A stretch of 63,471 nt of DNA, filler included, from Pelomyxa schiedti (Eukaryota; Protista; Evosea): the NCBI GenBank assembly GCA_020536535.1. It is 8 parts of 8 records of this genome, joined end to end, with 100 filler letters (N's around TTAATTAATTAA, not from the genome) between each part and the next. Parts side by side here need not be neighbours in the genome. Positions count along the whole stretch, not along the records: positions 1 to 19,041 come from JAHLWZ010000340.1; 7 more parts are not named here. One strand, 5' to 3'. The number at the start of each line of letters is the position of its first letter. Positions within the stretch are counted from its first letter, which is position 1. The position numbers were made by a program, and so were the translations under genes. The notes beneath the pieces are model-generated. The model was not told where the DNA came from. It worked only from the letters and a program-made list of their open reading frames with translations, and did not search any database. Shown in pieces: positions 1 through 11,743 of this stretch.

Positions 1-1353
1 GTTGATAACAGCCATCAAATGGAATGTTTCCTCTAGCCAATCAGCAACTTCAGTATTGCACCAACGGAGAGAGTGTTGCAAGGAATGAATAAGATCAGAC
101 TGAGATAGAGAAACCCTTGCTGATATCCACTTTGCCAGGTCCCTCTGAGTGGAGCATGCCGCAATAAAAGCTTCATGCGTAAGAGGAATGTGTCTCTCCT
201 TTGTTAGCCACGCAGTAAATGCAACATCCCCAAAGGCTTTGCAGAAATGCTTTATGGGAACACCCTCAATAGGAATAGAAGAAGATTCCAAGACCCATCT
301 AACAATCTCGAGATTCTTGGTTCGTTTAAGCATTCCTAAACTGACATCTGAGAGTTTCATGCCATACTCGTCAATGAGCCATTGGCACAGCTCCACAGTG
401 CCATGCTTGTTCATCATTACGGATGTCAACGTCTCAAATGCCAGGCCCTTGTAAAGCAACTTCTGAATGCCCCACTGTACACCCAACTGGATATCGGCAG
501 GAATCTGCCCCCACCCACAACAGGCACCCAAAATGGTATGATTTCTTGAGGGAAGTGTACTCACCAAGTCAAACTCGTCAAATAACCAGCTCACAACTTC
601 CATCCTGCACTCTATCATAGCCAAAATCAGGGGCTCCCATAGAGCCCAATATGCCACATCCCTCCCAATACTAAGTACATGCAGAACCCACTTCACAAAG
701 TCAACATAGCCACACCCAGATGCCACATTCAATACGTCCATCCACCAAGACCCTGTCCTGATGTTGTTCAGCACCTCCCTCCTGATGGAGTCGCTGTTGC
801 CTTCACCAATCACACTGCTGACATCAGCCTGACCCCACTCAGCAATGTTGTGGCGCCCATCCCACAACGACATGAGTGTGCCACACCCAGTCGGATCGTC
901 ACCAAGCCAGCGGCGTGCCATTTCCACATGGCCAGCTGATGCCAGCCCAAAAAGCACAGCGTTCACGTCCTTGTACACGCAGCATCTTCTGTGAGGCGGT
1001 CTGTGGTGAATCATCCACGCCACACATGAGGCACTCCCTGCCGCAGCTGCGCCTGACAATGCACAGTACGTTGACTTGTTGTGGCTGTGACAAATGCCGA
1101 TGACTCTCTTGCACACCAGTGGCACGAGGGGGAACATAGCCTCAGCAACACTGAACAAATCGACGTTGGTGCGCACGTACTTGGCCGTCACAATGGGGGA
1201 AGTGGTGAAGCTTGACATTCGGTTTTTCACTTTGGCGTCAATCCAGCCACGTGAAACGACGTTCTCCCACACAATACATGACAATTCAAGCACCGAGAGA
1301 TTAGGTCGTGCCGAGATCTCGGGAACATGTACTGCGATATTCGTTGTCGTCAT
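1..1353 (-). CDS. Degenerate ankyrin-like repeat protein, 3'-partial (runs off the window)
   Basis: Manual translation from ATG 1353 (MTTTNIAVHVP...) is open to position 1, so it is absent from the ORF track. Recurrent short helical motifs: AGHVEMARRWL, CGYVDFVKWVL, CRMEVVSWLFDEF, GTVELCQWLIDEY, NLEIVRWVLE, CNTEVADWLEETF. Probable in-frame 60-nt intron 505-564 (GTGAG...CAG). Confidence 0.7.
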   Translation of the reverse strand, partial: MTTTNIAVHVPEISARPNLSVLELSCIVWENVVSRGWIDAKVKNRMSSFTTSPIVTAKYVRTNVDLFSVAEAMFPLVPLVCKRVIGICHSHNKSTYCALSGAAAAGSASCVAWMIHHRPPHRRCCVYKDVNAVLFGLASAGHVEMARRWLGDDPTGCGTLMSLWDGRHNIAEWGQADVSSVIGEGNSDSIRREVLNNIRTGSWWMDVLNVASGCGYVDFVKWVLHVLSIGRDVAYWALWEPLILAMIECRMEVVSWLFDEFDLVSTLPSRNHTILGACCGWGQIPADIQLGVQWGIQKLLYKGLAFETLTSVMMNKHGTVELCQWLIDEYGMKLSDVSLGMLKRTKNLEIVRWVLESSSIPIEGVPIKHFCKAFGDVAFTAWLTKERHIPLTHEAFIAACSTQRDLAKWISARVSLSQSDLIHSLQHSLRWCNTEVADWLEETFHLMAVIN

Positions 1354-1798
1354 TTTGTCGCTTATTCGGAACCCTCACAGCACATACCCTTGTTCGTTTG
1401 TTTCTTTTTCTTGAGAAACTTCCACCTTTCGAAGTTCGGGCATCAAAAAGTGGAAGAGTATAAGATGCCTTTGGAGGCATGAGTGCCCGGTCGACCAACA
1501 AGGGGATTGAGGAACAAATCGTTGTGATTTCGCTGACCGGTTTTTACGTGAATGTCGATTGCTACAGTTGCGAATAAGAAGGAGGCTTTTTTTTATTTTT
1601 TTTCTTCGTCAAGACTTGGGCAACATCGGCCGCGACAACGAGCGATTTTCAGTCTAATTTATAAATGAGATCTCAGGACTTAGAAATTCCATGGTTTTTT
1701 TTTAATTTCTTTTTGTTATTATTTGATATGTTGTTTATTTTCAACCGCCCACATTATTTTTTGTTTATATTATTATTCAATTAATATTAATTCAATCA

Positions 1799-3059
1799 AT
1801 GGTATCACAGCATCGAATAGTGTAGTATTCTCTCTCACATTTGCGCATAACACAGGGCCATACTGCACCCTGATAATCCCAAGGAGGACCTTCCGCTGGC
1901 CAAATGGTGGACAGCAGCCACTATCACAGCGTGCTTCCCTGTATTTGTGTTTGTGCTGCAGCGCGTGGTTGGGTGGCTGTACAGGCCAGGCCCAAAAATA
2001 CTGCCCAGCGGGACTCCCCCTCCAAAGGACGCCGTGTCTGCCGCGAGGGACGCCGCCTGGATCACTCTGGTCTCCAGTATCAACAACTTGCTGCAGACTT
2101 TGTTCTCTCTGTACCTCTTCATTGGAATTTCTCTGGGAATATACAACAACTGGTAAGTGCTTTATTTCTCTATCTGTATTATGGGTATTATGCTATATTA
2201 ATTAGCGGTTCTAAGTACGCATAACGAACGGAATTTATGCATTAGTTTGTGTTATAGATGTTGAGTTTCCACATCAATGTATAATGGTAAGAGGGTTGAC
2301 ATTGTGCTTATAGGGCCGAAACTGGCGTGAGCTTGGTCTGTGATAAAGACATTGTTCTTCTTCGCGGTATTGACTACTGGGCTTGGATGTTCTATGTCAG
2401 CAAATACTGGGAGATGTTCGACACTGTGCTTCTTATTTTTAGAGGAAAATCTGTGTGTATTCCATTTCATGAAGAAATAATCCACTGACTTGTCTAGGTT
2501 ATTCCTCCCGAGAATGTAACTATGTTGCTTCACGTTTATCACCACACAGTCACTGCCACATGCGCCTGGACTGCTTGGCAAGTACCTTTCTCTGTAAATT
2601 GGACTGGAATCCTTGCAAACAGCTTTGTGCACGTTTGCATGTACTTCTACTACTTCCTCACAGGTAATTTGTTCAATTTTCCAAGTGAAATTTCCAACCA
2701 ACCATAGATCTGAAACTGATCAACCCACTTTGGGGAGGCCGAATCATTACCCCCATTCAACTCGTCCAGTTCTTCCTCTGTGTGGGATCCTCATACTATG
2801 CTCTGGCTTTTGGCCATATTGAGGAGTGCAACTTCCACATGGTATGCAATAAAAACCTCCGGTATTTCATTCCCTAATCACAAACAATCAGGTGGGGGGT
2901 ATATACATTCTCGGGAACTATATTATCTTCTTGTCTCTGTTCCTCAAAGTGTGGTACAACAAGAGACAGTACCGCCGTGCACAGAGGCAAAAGGCAATTG
3001 CCACAGGCCCGAAAACAACCCCATCAGGAAAGGGCCCCGCGGACAAGAAACGCCAATAA
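1799..3059 (+). CDS. ELO: Fatty-acid elongase (ELO/GNS1/SUR4 family)
   Basis: Spliced exons 1856-2152, 2314-2452, 2498-2663, 2708-2841 and 2892-3059 give FYVSKYWEMFDTVLL, the histidine box LHVYHHT, NSFVHVCMYFYY, ITPIQLVQF and a C-terminal KKxx ER-retrieval signal (DKKRQ*). The start codon (ATG 1799 with a 34-nt intron) is tentative. Confidence 0.93.
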
Positions 3060-3404
3060 AAACCCAACCAACAAACAGACCAAACGGCCTGCAGTTTGAA
3101 CAAAAATAGATGATGCCACCTTTTATTATGCTCACGTTTTGCTCCCCTATGAGAACTTTTTGAAACTTCAGATTTCCTTTACAACCAGAATCTGTTACTC
3201 GGAAATACCGAGGAGCAATAGAAAAGAAAAAGCTATGCCCGGATCGGCAACTGAAAGTGACGTTTTCGGAGCAAGGAGCAGTTGCAGCGATGGGCAATTT
3301 TTTTTTTTGATCTTGTTTCCCTGCTAGAACGCAATTCTAATTTTTTTGTTTCTTGCACAAGGAGGTCGCAAGCGACACCGCTACTCCGCGACACACGCAG
3401 TGAG

Positions 3405-5658
3405 ATGGAGGTGTGTGCGTGTGGCGCTACGTCAAGATCTGCGTTCTGTGTTGTTGTCATTTTCATGTCGCTTCCATCGCTGTTTGTCGTTTGGGCGTTT
3501 TCGCATTTTTTTCGTTTTTTTTCCCGTCGTGTAGTTTTCGTGTTTTTACGCTGCGTTTGTTTTTTTCACGTTGAGTTGGGTCTTTTATTTGTTGTTTTAC
3601 CCTTTCGTTGTTCTTGTTTTTTGGATGAAAAGCGTTCCGTTTGCATTGTGTTGTACATTGTGTTCATTGGCTTTTTCTAGGCCGAGAAGAAGCCCGCACA
3701 GGAACAGCCCGCTGCAGCCACTGCCCCAGCACCAGAAAAAAAACAAAAACCAGTTGGTGGGAAGAAGGAGAAACCCGTCAAGAAGGGAGAGAAGAAGGTG
3801 AAGCCAACCGCAGAGAAGAAGGGGGAGAAGAAGCCAGCGGCGAAAAAGGAGAAGAAAGCAGCCAAGCCAAAGGCGGAGAAGCCCAAGAAGCCCATTGCCG
3901 AAAAGAAGGGCAAGAAGGCAACCACAGAGAAGAAGCCCAAGAAGGCTGAGGAGCCCAAGGAGGGTGAAAAGAAGGCCGTGAAGAAGACCACCAAGGAACA
4001 GTGGCTCAAACAGCACCCCCTTCTCGAGGCAAGACCCAAGCAATGGGGTATTGACGCCCTTCACCAGCCCCGGTATTTTAGTTTCCGTTTTGTTTTTTCT
4101 GCCTAATTTTTCTGCAGCGATCTGAGACGGTGGGTGAGATGGCCAAAGAAGATCAAGTTGGCAAGAGAAAAGGTTGTTTTGATGAAGAGACTGAAAGTTC
4201 CACCGGCTCTCAACATCTTCCTCAACCCTCTTGATCGCAAGGCCGGTAATATTCGCTCTTCGATCTTTTTGTAGGTCTCACATTATTCAGTTGTTACCCT
4301 CTATCATATTCTGTTTAAGCTCCGTCCTTTGGAGAAGGCGGAAAAGCACAAACGAATCAAGCAGGCTGCCAAGGTTCTCCTCAGAATTCGTCAGGCTTCC
4401 CAAAAACAGAAGAAAATTGCCAAGAAACTCGGCCTGAAGACAGAGGAACCCAAACCCAAGGCAGAGAAGAAGGAAAAAGCACCAAAAGCCGAGAAAATTG
4501 CCAAGAAACAGAAAGGTGCCAAGGCTGAGAAACCCAAGAAGGCTGCAACCAAGACAGAGAAACCCGCCGAGAAGCCAGCGGAGAAACCCGCCGAAAAGCC
4601 CGCCGAAAAACCAGCAGAGAAGCCCGCCGAGAAGCCAGCGGAGAAACCTGCCGAGAAACCAGCCGAGAAGCCAGCAGAGAAGCCCGCTGAAAAACCAGCT
4701 GAGAAACCAGCCAAGCCCAAGGCAGTCAGGAAGGCAAAGAAACCCGCCGAGACCAAGCCCGGTGAGGAAGCTAAACCCAAGAAGGTCTTTGGTTGGTGGA
4801 GTGCACAGACCCTCGCCAAGAGAGATGCCCGCCACCTCTACCACAAGAAGAGGTTCGAGCTCTTCGAGAAGAGAAGACTCGCCAAGGAATCCACCAAGAG
4901 CGACGAAGCCGCCGGCAAGGCCAAGGAGAAGAAGAAGCTCGGCAAAGGAGACGAGAAGCGCGCAGCCCGAGCACAGAAGTGGCGCAGCCGCAAGACCAAC
5001 AAGTCCGGTGAGACCGCTGTTCACACACACAGTGCTGTCGTGATGGAGCCACCCAAGAAACCCGTTTTTGTCAAGTTCGGACTCAACCACGTCACCACTC
5101 TCATTGAGCGAAAGAAGGCCCAGTTGGTTGTCATTGCCAACGATGTTGACCCAGTTGAGGTTAGTGATTACCTTTCCTTTCCTTTTGCCGGTGATTCTCA
5201 TTCCACTTACAGCTTGTTGTCTGGATGCCCGCTCTTTGCAGAAAGATGAATGTACCCTTCTGCATTGTCAAGGACAAGGCTCGCTTGGGCAAAATCGTTC
5301 ACAAGAAGTGTGCTTCATGCCTTGCCATCACCGATGTCACCAAGCCGGTTTCTAATTTCCCTCTTCTACTCCTTCCGCATTACTTACTCCCCATATACAA
5401 TACCAGCTGAAACCAATGCTTGACCGCGTTGTTGCGATTTGCAAGAAGAAGTTCTTCGATCCCAAGTGGCTCAAACAGCACGGAGGACTCCAGCTCTCCC
5501 GCAAGAGCAGGCAAAAACTCCTCAAGCGCCGCAAGGCAGTCGAGGCCGAGCGCAAGGCCAAGGCGGAACAGCTCCACAAGCAGAACGCCGCCGTTCAACA
5601 ACAAGCCAAGGCAGCCAAGAGAACACAGCTCGCAGCACAAAGAGCAGGGGCCCACTAG
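3405..5658 (+). CDS. RPL7A: 60S ribosomal protein eL8 (L7a) with large Lys/Glu/Pro/Ala-rich extensions, ~593 aa
   Basis: Exons 3405-3410 (tentative), 3681-4072, 4118-4245, 4291-5159, 5213-5347 and 5407-5658 join in phase (1782 nt). L7a motifs: [84 protein letters not shown]. Confidence 0.95.
4557..4712 (+). repeat. Coding 12-bp tandem repeat, 13 x EKPA, inside eL8
   Basis: Thirteen GARAARCCNGCN units counted directly. Variation is confined to synonymous positions. Confidence 0.95.
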
Positions 5659-5881
5659 AGAGCAACCAATCATTATCACCTCAGAGTGCTTCTTCATCAA
5701 GCCCAGCGGCAGCAGCACTGAGTGGTCTTTGTTTTTTTCCTGTATGCAGCAAAATAAAAAAACCAAAGTCAAAACACCTTTTTTTTCCTTTCCCTCCCTT
5801 CTCGAAAATGACACTCACTGCTCAAATCAAAGACCAAGACGCACCTTTTTTGCAAAGTACATCAACAAAACATCAGTGTTA

Positions 5882-7201
5882 ATGGGGCACAACGAATCGT
5901 CAGAACCTCAACGTCAAAGGCGCTCACACACAAGAACAGCAAAAACAACTGCAAAAACAGAAACAGCAACGATAACCGCAACAGCAAAATCACAGGTGAT
6001 GGCCGTCCTGTGCGCACCAACCACCGAAAAAAGAAGAGGAAGAACGCTTGCAGCGGGCAGTTACGGCATTTCAGCACACAAGAATGCCGACGGCACAGTC
6101 ACTCTCACAACGTGTTGTGTGGCAGCACCGCCGCCGTCGATGGTGAAGTGGGTGCAGTCGACGGCCGTGTTCAGGGCGTGGGCTGAGGAATGGGTCCTCG
6201 CGCCGCGCGAAGAATCCGTGCTCAGGCTCCCAATCTTGGACCACTTCTTGTTTGTGAGCGTGTCACCGACCCTGGGGGTCGTCAGGCACTCTTGGTTCCA
6301 CGCCAAAGGCTTTGTGTATGGCTCTGTGGGGAACAACGGGATGATACTGCGCAAGTCGCGCGTGATTGAGGGTTCTCAACTTATTGAGGACGCCATTGAA
6401 GAGGTGGGTGCTGGGGATGGGGATGCGCTGAAGCCGGTGTTGCTGCTGGAGACCCCGTACAATTCCATGTATTGCAACAGGAAGTGGATTGTGGGGATCC
6501 AGGAAAAAATGGGGATGCATGTGTGGCAGGTTTCTGTTGTAGGTGACGCATCATCATCAGGTACGGCTAAAATGCCGTGGCATTTTGACGGGCTTCAGGT
6601 TGGATATGGTGTATGGGCTTGCTTTTCACCATTCTGTGATGACGTTTTTCTGGTGTTTGACTCTGGTGAGACTGGAGGCAGTGTGGAATTTTGTGACTTG
6701 CAAGCCAGTGTAAACGAAGGGAAACTGGTTGTGATCAGAAATGTACTCTGCAGTGAGAGATTTCCACGCGGTATCATCTGGAGACCTGATGGTTCCGTGT
6801 GCACGATGCATTATGACCCCTGTCTCATTGTGGATAATGCCACTGGAGCGCGCATTGAAGTGCATTTTCCAGTGGGTGCAACTGTAATTCCAGTTGGGAG
6901 TAGACACATCTTCGTGATGAGGAAAGGTGTTGAAAAATATGAAGTGTACCACAATGGAGGCCTTACATCAGCTCCTACACTCAGTGTCCCTTGCACTTGG
7001 GCAGCTCCTTCCATTGGTGTTCAGTCACAGTTGATTGTTTCAACAACACACAATCCAGAGACTCACAGCAGTGCCACTGAAATCAAGTTTGCAGTGCATG
7101 ATTGCTCAACAGGGTTCCATGTTGGTGACTTCTCTGTGCCATGTGATCCACTTGGAATTCTGGAAAAATTCAATGTGAATAGACTAGGGAAAATATCTTA
7201 A
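5882..7201 (+). CDS. Uncharacterised lineage-specific family protein, member 1 (439 aa, apparently intronless)
   Basis: Long ORF from ATG 5882. Shares motifs with 19543, 26269 and 62376: AKSQVMAVL, VSVSPTLGVV, CNRKWIVG, CDLQAS, DCSTG. Confidence 0.75.
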   Translation: MGHNESSEPQRQRRSHTRTAKTTAKTETATITATAKSQVMAVLCAPTTEKRRGRTLAAGSYGISAHKNADGTVTLTTCCVAAPPPSMVKWVQSTAVFRAWAEEWVLAPREESVLRLPILDHFLFVSVSPTLGVVRHSWFHAKGFVYGSVGNNGMILRKSRVIEGSQLIEDAIEEVGAGDGDALKPVLLLETPYNSMYCNRKWIVGIQEKMGMHVWQVSVVGDASSSGTAKMPWHFDGLQVGYGVWACFSPFCDDVFLVFDSGETGGSVEFCDLQASVNEGKLVVIRNVLCSERFPRGIIWRPDGSVCTMHYDPCLIVDNATGARIEVHFPVGATVIPVGSRHIFVMRKGVEKYEVYHNGGLTSAPTLSVPCTWAAPSIGVQSQLIVSTTHNPETHSSATEIKFAVHDCSTGFHVGDFSVPCDPLGILEKFNVNRLGKIS

Positions 7202-7886
7202 ATGAGCAAAAGCCCAGGCTCCAACTGTGAAGAAGTTTTCAAATTAAAAGAGTGTCTTTGTGGTGGTTGTACTGTCGTGCAGCCACCCGGTGTGCCTCGG
7301 CTGAAAATACAGGTTCAATGTGCCGGGACATTGCACCCAGACACTGAGATTACCTGCAACGTGACCCAGCAATTACAGGCTCTGCACACAGTGAATGATC
7401 CTAAGGTTGCTGGACTCGAAAAGCTCTTGAAATCGAGGTAAAGCCACTGGGAGACAACATCGACCACCCACACTACAGCGTGTATCTCCTTGGATGCCAA
7501 AACGCCCACCTTCCTCAGTTTCTTGTGTGGCGTGGAAGTCACACTGAGGTATGACCCGCGCATCCCGAGGGGATGGGTTTTCGAATGTATGATGTACCCT
7601 TAGGTATTTAAAAAAAATGTGAGTCTGTTTCTGGCCTAATTTCCAGTGAGAGTGATAAGCAGACCACTGGCATAGAGAGTCAGATAAAACGCGTTATACT
7701 GTTGCATTCAGTTGTGTGTGGGTTCCCCAAGGGTACTGTGGAACCAAATGAAATCCAGATGCAAAAGAAGTGCAGATGAAACCAAGACCTTCGGCCATTT
7801 CCTTGTTACTTTCTGACAGTTATGGGAAGGCCATAACTCGCCAAAGTAAAAATGGAACATAGGTGGGACAGATTTTTGGGTTTTTG

Positions 7887-10800
7887 TTAGTGTTTCTTTC
7901 TGCCTTTTTTCTGCTGGCTCTTTATTTTGGCTTTAGCAGCTCCTCTGCCCTGTCTTCTGATTTGTTGCGGTTTCTTCTTAGTTTCCTGTTTGCTGCCTTT
8001 GCTTTTTCCCTTGCGGCCGTTCTGTGGAATCCCGTGCTTTTCCTTTATTGCTCTTACTTTATCTTCCTTACGTAGCTCCCTTGCTCTCTGCTCTTTTGTC
8101 TTGAGACCGCCGGAATCATTCTTCCTGCGTGGTTGTGATTGTGTGAAGTTGGATTTCTTTGCTGGCGGCCCTCTGGCTCTTCCTTCTCTTTCACTGGGTG
8201 AATGTGGCCTTTTCCGGCCATAGCCGGCGGATCCCTGTTCATCATAGTCTTCTTCTCCTCCTGCGTTTTTCATTCCGGACTTCCTCTTCCATTGCTCATA
8301 GCTGAGCGAAAATTACGGGAGCCGATTGAAGTACATTAGAGTACATACAGGAATCCAGGCTTAGTCTTTTTGTATGTCACGGCTCCACTTTCTGTTTTGG
8401 TTTTGGAGCTCTTTTGTGCTTCCATTCCGCCATGAGAAACTACGAATTTCTGTGTAGCGACTTAGCTACTTGTTGACTCGGAAATGTCACACCTTGTGAC
8501 GCCTATCCCATTTCCGGGTCATTCCAGGTTTTTTTAGCTGATCAGTTTCATCAGGGTTGAGGGTGACAGCCATACCATCAATCACGGAAGTTGTTTTGTC
8601 AAGTTGAAGCCTGTTGGGAATCAACAAATAATAAACAATGTAGAAGAAGCGGACCCTTTTTCGTAGGCATTGACGGGCGGTAGCGGGTTGAGATAAAACT
8701 CGCTTTGCTTGGTTGTAGTGAGGAGTTTGAGTAGTTTTGCAGAACGTTGTGCGGAGGTAGATGGCACAGCATCCACGCGGTCATCATAAGCTTTGAGAGC
8801 TTTCTCTTCTTCTAACTGTTTGGCTTCCAAAGCTAATCTTCTCTGAGTCGAGGTTAAACAGTAAGTACAAGTACTATATTTAACCTGTTTTGCAAGGATG
8901 GTATCTGCATGAGCAACTCTGAGCTCTTCCATAGCTATACTTCCTGCAGTTTTTTTTCCTCTGGTCATGTAATTAACTTCCAGGACAGTCTGTAAAAGAG
9001 TTAAGAAGCAGTGGTAGAAAATAGGTGTCACCTCTTTGGGCTTAAATGACTTCAACGAATCCACATAACGTCGTCTGTTTTCCTCCTTGGAGTCAATAAA
9101 TGGAACTGTCCCAATGTGATTATTGTATGAAAGACAGAAGAAGTTTCATACGTAAAATTGGGTGAACTGCATCTTTTGGTAAGGATTTGGCTCGTTTGGC
9201 AGAATCCATGGATGCTAGTGGCCGAGTTTTCATATACAATTTGTAGGCATTATTACATGATTTCACTTGTGTACTCTTTGTTTAGGTGTTACCAGGCGGG
9301 TATTTATTCTAGGAAGGTAACTTACTAATTCAATTTCCTGAAGTCTAAGTTTCACTTGCTCAGCAAAATCATCAACGAGGCAATCAGGAACGACCCCATA
9401 GTGGCAAAGCCTTGTCCCCGATGAACCTGCAGGCGCGCTCGAAGTGGTGGTCGAGGAACTTGTGGAAGGCTCTTCTTCCTGTGCCGTGCTCTTAGAACTA
9501 CTCTTTCCGGATTCCTCCAATTGCATAGACTCATTTGACAAAGTGTTCTTTTCAGATGGAGGTGTCCCTGCAGTGGGAACAGTGCCCAAAAAGAGCATCA
9601 AGTCAAGCATGTGTGCTACGTCTTCAGGGCCAACAATGGAGTAGGCAACACCCTTCCTTCCAGCACGTGCAACACGACCAACTCGGTGGACGAAAAGACG
9701 TGGGGTGCCAGGGAAATGATAATTGATGGAGTTGTCAAGTCGTGGGAGATCTTTCAGGCAAATTAAGGGAAAGAAATTTTGCTTTCAGGAGGATACCTAC
9801 ACCACGTGCTGCAATATCAGTAACAACAAGTACATTTACCTAGTGTATGTTAGGTGGAAGGGAGATGGGGTTGGAGACACTTTTTGCTCTCTGAATTTAG
9901 CAAGATTAATTTTTCTTGCAGTGGGATCCATTGTACCATATAATAGAGTGTTGTCAATCCCAAAAGACAAAAGGAGTGTGTGCACATATTCAGTGTGATG
10001 TCTGTTTATCTATGTGAGAACCGTCACAAATTGACATTAACCGATTACCTTGTGGAAGTGAAAATAATTGTCTGTTGCTCAGGAGTAACGAGCTTCTGAA
10101 GGAGGAAAAGTAAAGTGGCATCTCTGGTATCAGAGCGGGTCAAAAGAAACACATTCTTTGCACATTTAATTCAAATTATGCGAACTTCGAGTAGGACCTG
10201 CAAATCAGGACTCAACTTGGTATCTATGTCTAATCTCACAAATACAGGGTCATGCAATCCTGCACGAGAGAATTCCACTAATTCCTTGAAAGGTATTAGA
10301 ATATTGCAGAAGTCGTTGAGGAAACCTGAGGTAGCGTAGCGGAAAAGAGCATAGTTTGGCGCTGTGTAGACAGGGCACTGGTGATGTCTTTCAGCTGCGA
10401 CGCAAAACCCATTTCAAACAGGCTATTTCGAGTGACTTTTTCCCCCCATGAAAGAGTACATACCGATCTGCTTCATCAAAAATCACACATTGAATTGTAG
10501 TCAGAGTCATCCCGACCTCTTTAACCACATGGGCAGCACGACCAGGGGTTCCAATAAGTCTGATGAAGACGAAGGTTGGTCATTTCGCCTGCTTGGCAAC
10601 CTAAGAGATAGGAAAGCACATGTCTGGATTTGTTGTCAACGCGGAGAACTGATCGTCAAGGCTTTCACCTCCTACAAGTAAACATAATGTAATGTTGGTG
10701 AATTTTCCAATTTGCTGTACAAAGAGATTATAAATTGATTACAAAGCAGGTCTTACCTTCGCGAATCTCAGTGTTTGAACAGCCAACTCCCTTGTTGGGG

Positions 10801-11392
10801 ACAGTATCAACCCACGTGCACCACTTTTGGAAGAGTGCTCTCCCAGTGCGTTGAGGAGAGGAATGAGGAACGCGGCAGTTTTTCCAGAGCCTTTCAACAT
10901 TTAGGTTAGTGCTCCGTGCGGGATCCTCATCCAACAAAAGTGATACCTGTTCTGGCCATGGCTACAACATCAAGTCCCTTCAGGGCTTGAGGAATAACCA
11001 ATCTTTGTATTGGAGTGGGCACAAGATATCCCCGTTTTATAACTCCTTGCAAAACTGGTTTTGAGAGTCCTAAAAAATAAAATAAGCAAAAAGCTCCACT
11101 ACACTGACGAATAGATAGGCAACGGTGAAAAAGATGCTCACCCATAGACTGGAACCCTCCTCCTTTTCTTTTCTTAGCCTGCTGTGGGCTCACCAAAATA
11201 TCGTCACTTCCTTTCCTGGCCTTACCTCCCCCATCCCCTCCTATTATAATATCTCCTCTGCGTATATATTATAAGGTCATAATCAGTGTTGTAACAGACA
11301 GAACCAAAATAAAAACAATAACAAAACCTCAATAAGCTAAAACCAAACAAACGATAATAAACTCACACGGAGAACGTAGAGTCACTAGACAT
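7887..11392 (-). CDS. DDX54: DEAD-box RNA helicase DDX54/DBP10 (multi-exon)
   Basis: Start MSSDSTFS at 11392. Motifs: GGGFQSMG|[29 protein letters not shown]|[48 protein letters not shown]10 C-terminal motifs KWDRRHK and KTESG...LYEQWK, then a basic tail ending KKGRKKH*. Confidence 0.95.
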
Positions 11393-11743
11393 TATGGGCC
11401 CAGTAACCTCCCACAATTGCTGTTGTCGTTGACACGCGGGCTACGACGTAGCTCTCCAACACCGAAGCGCAATTAAAAGCCTTGGATCTACAAGCAACTG
11501 CAGATCACGAGGATTGATCAGGATTCTGACTGACACCACAATGTGTGATCTCATTGTTCTGAGGGAGGGGCACTGTAAGAGGTGACTCGATTGTCAGGGA
11601 AGGAGAAATCTGTCAATCTGGGATTGATTACCGAAAACGAGCAAACATCACGCCACTAAAAAAAAAAAGAAAAAACAACTTGCGAACCGCGGCGACGATA
11701 CGCACAACCGGAAAAGCGACAGCGACACAACGACAACGTAACG
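11393..11743. promoter_or_regulatory. Putative bidirectional promoter (DDX54 / Rab, head-to-head)
   Basis: Only ~350 bp between divergent start codons. CpG-rich. No specific motif assigned. Confidence 0.5.

Noticed and set aside
2258-2286. Exon-like 29-nt segment (TAG|...|GTAAG) inside elongase intron 2, containing in-frame TGA
   Set aside because: Skipping it gives a correct ELO frame. A poison exon or recoding cannot be supported from sequence alone.
3411-3680. Unusually long first intron of eL8 as a snoRNA host
   Set aside because: No box C (RTGATGA) or box D (CTGA), and no convincing H/ACA hairpins.
4287-5201. Long antisense and alternate-frame ORFs over eL8 (and similar shadows over GC-rich exons elsewhere)
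   Set aside because: Shadows of repetitive or GC-rich coding sequence.
7202-7640. Possible small spliced gene starting right at the stop of the upstream ORF (GT-AG pairs at ~7439-7479 and ~7549-7603)
   Set aside because: The splice sites look plausible, but the product has no recognisable motif and there is no room for a promoter. It may be 3' UTR. Unresolved without RNA data.
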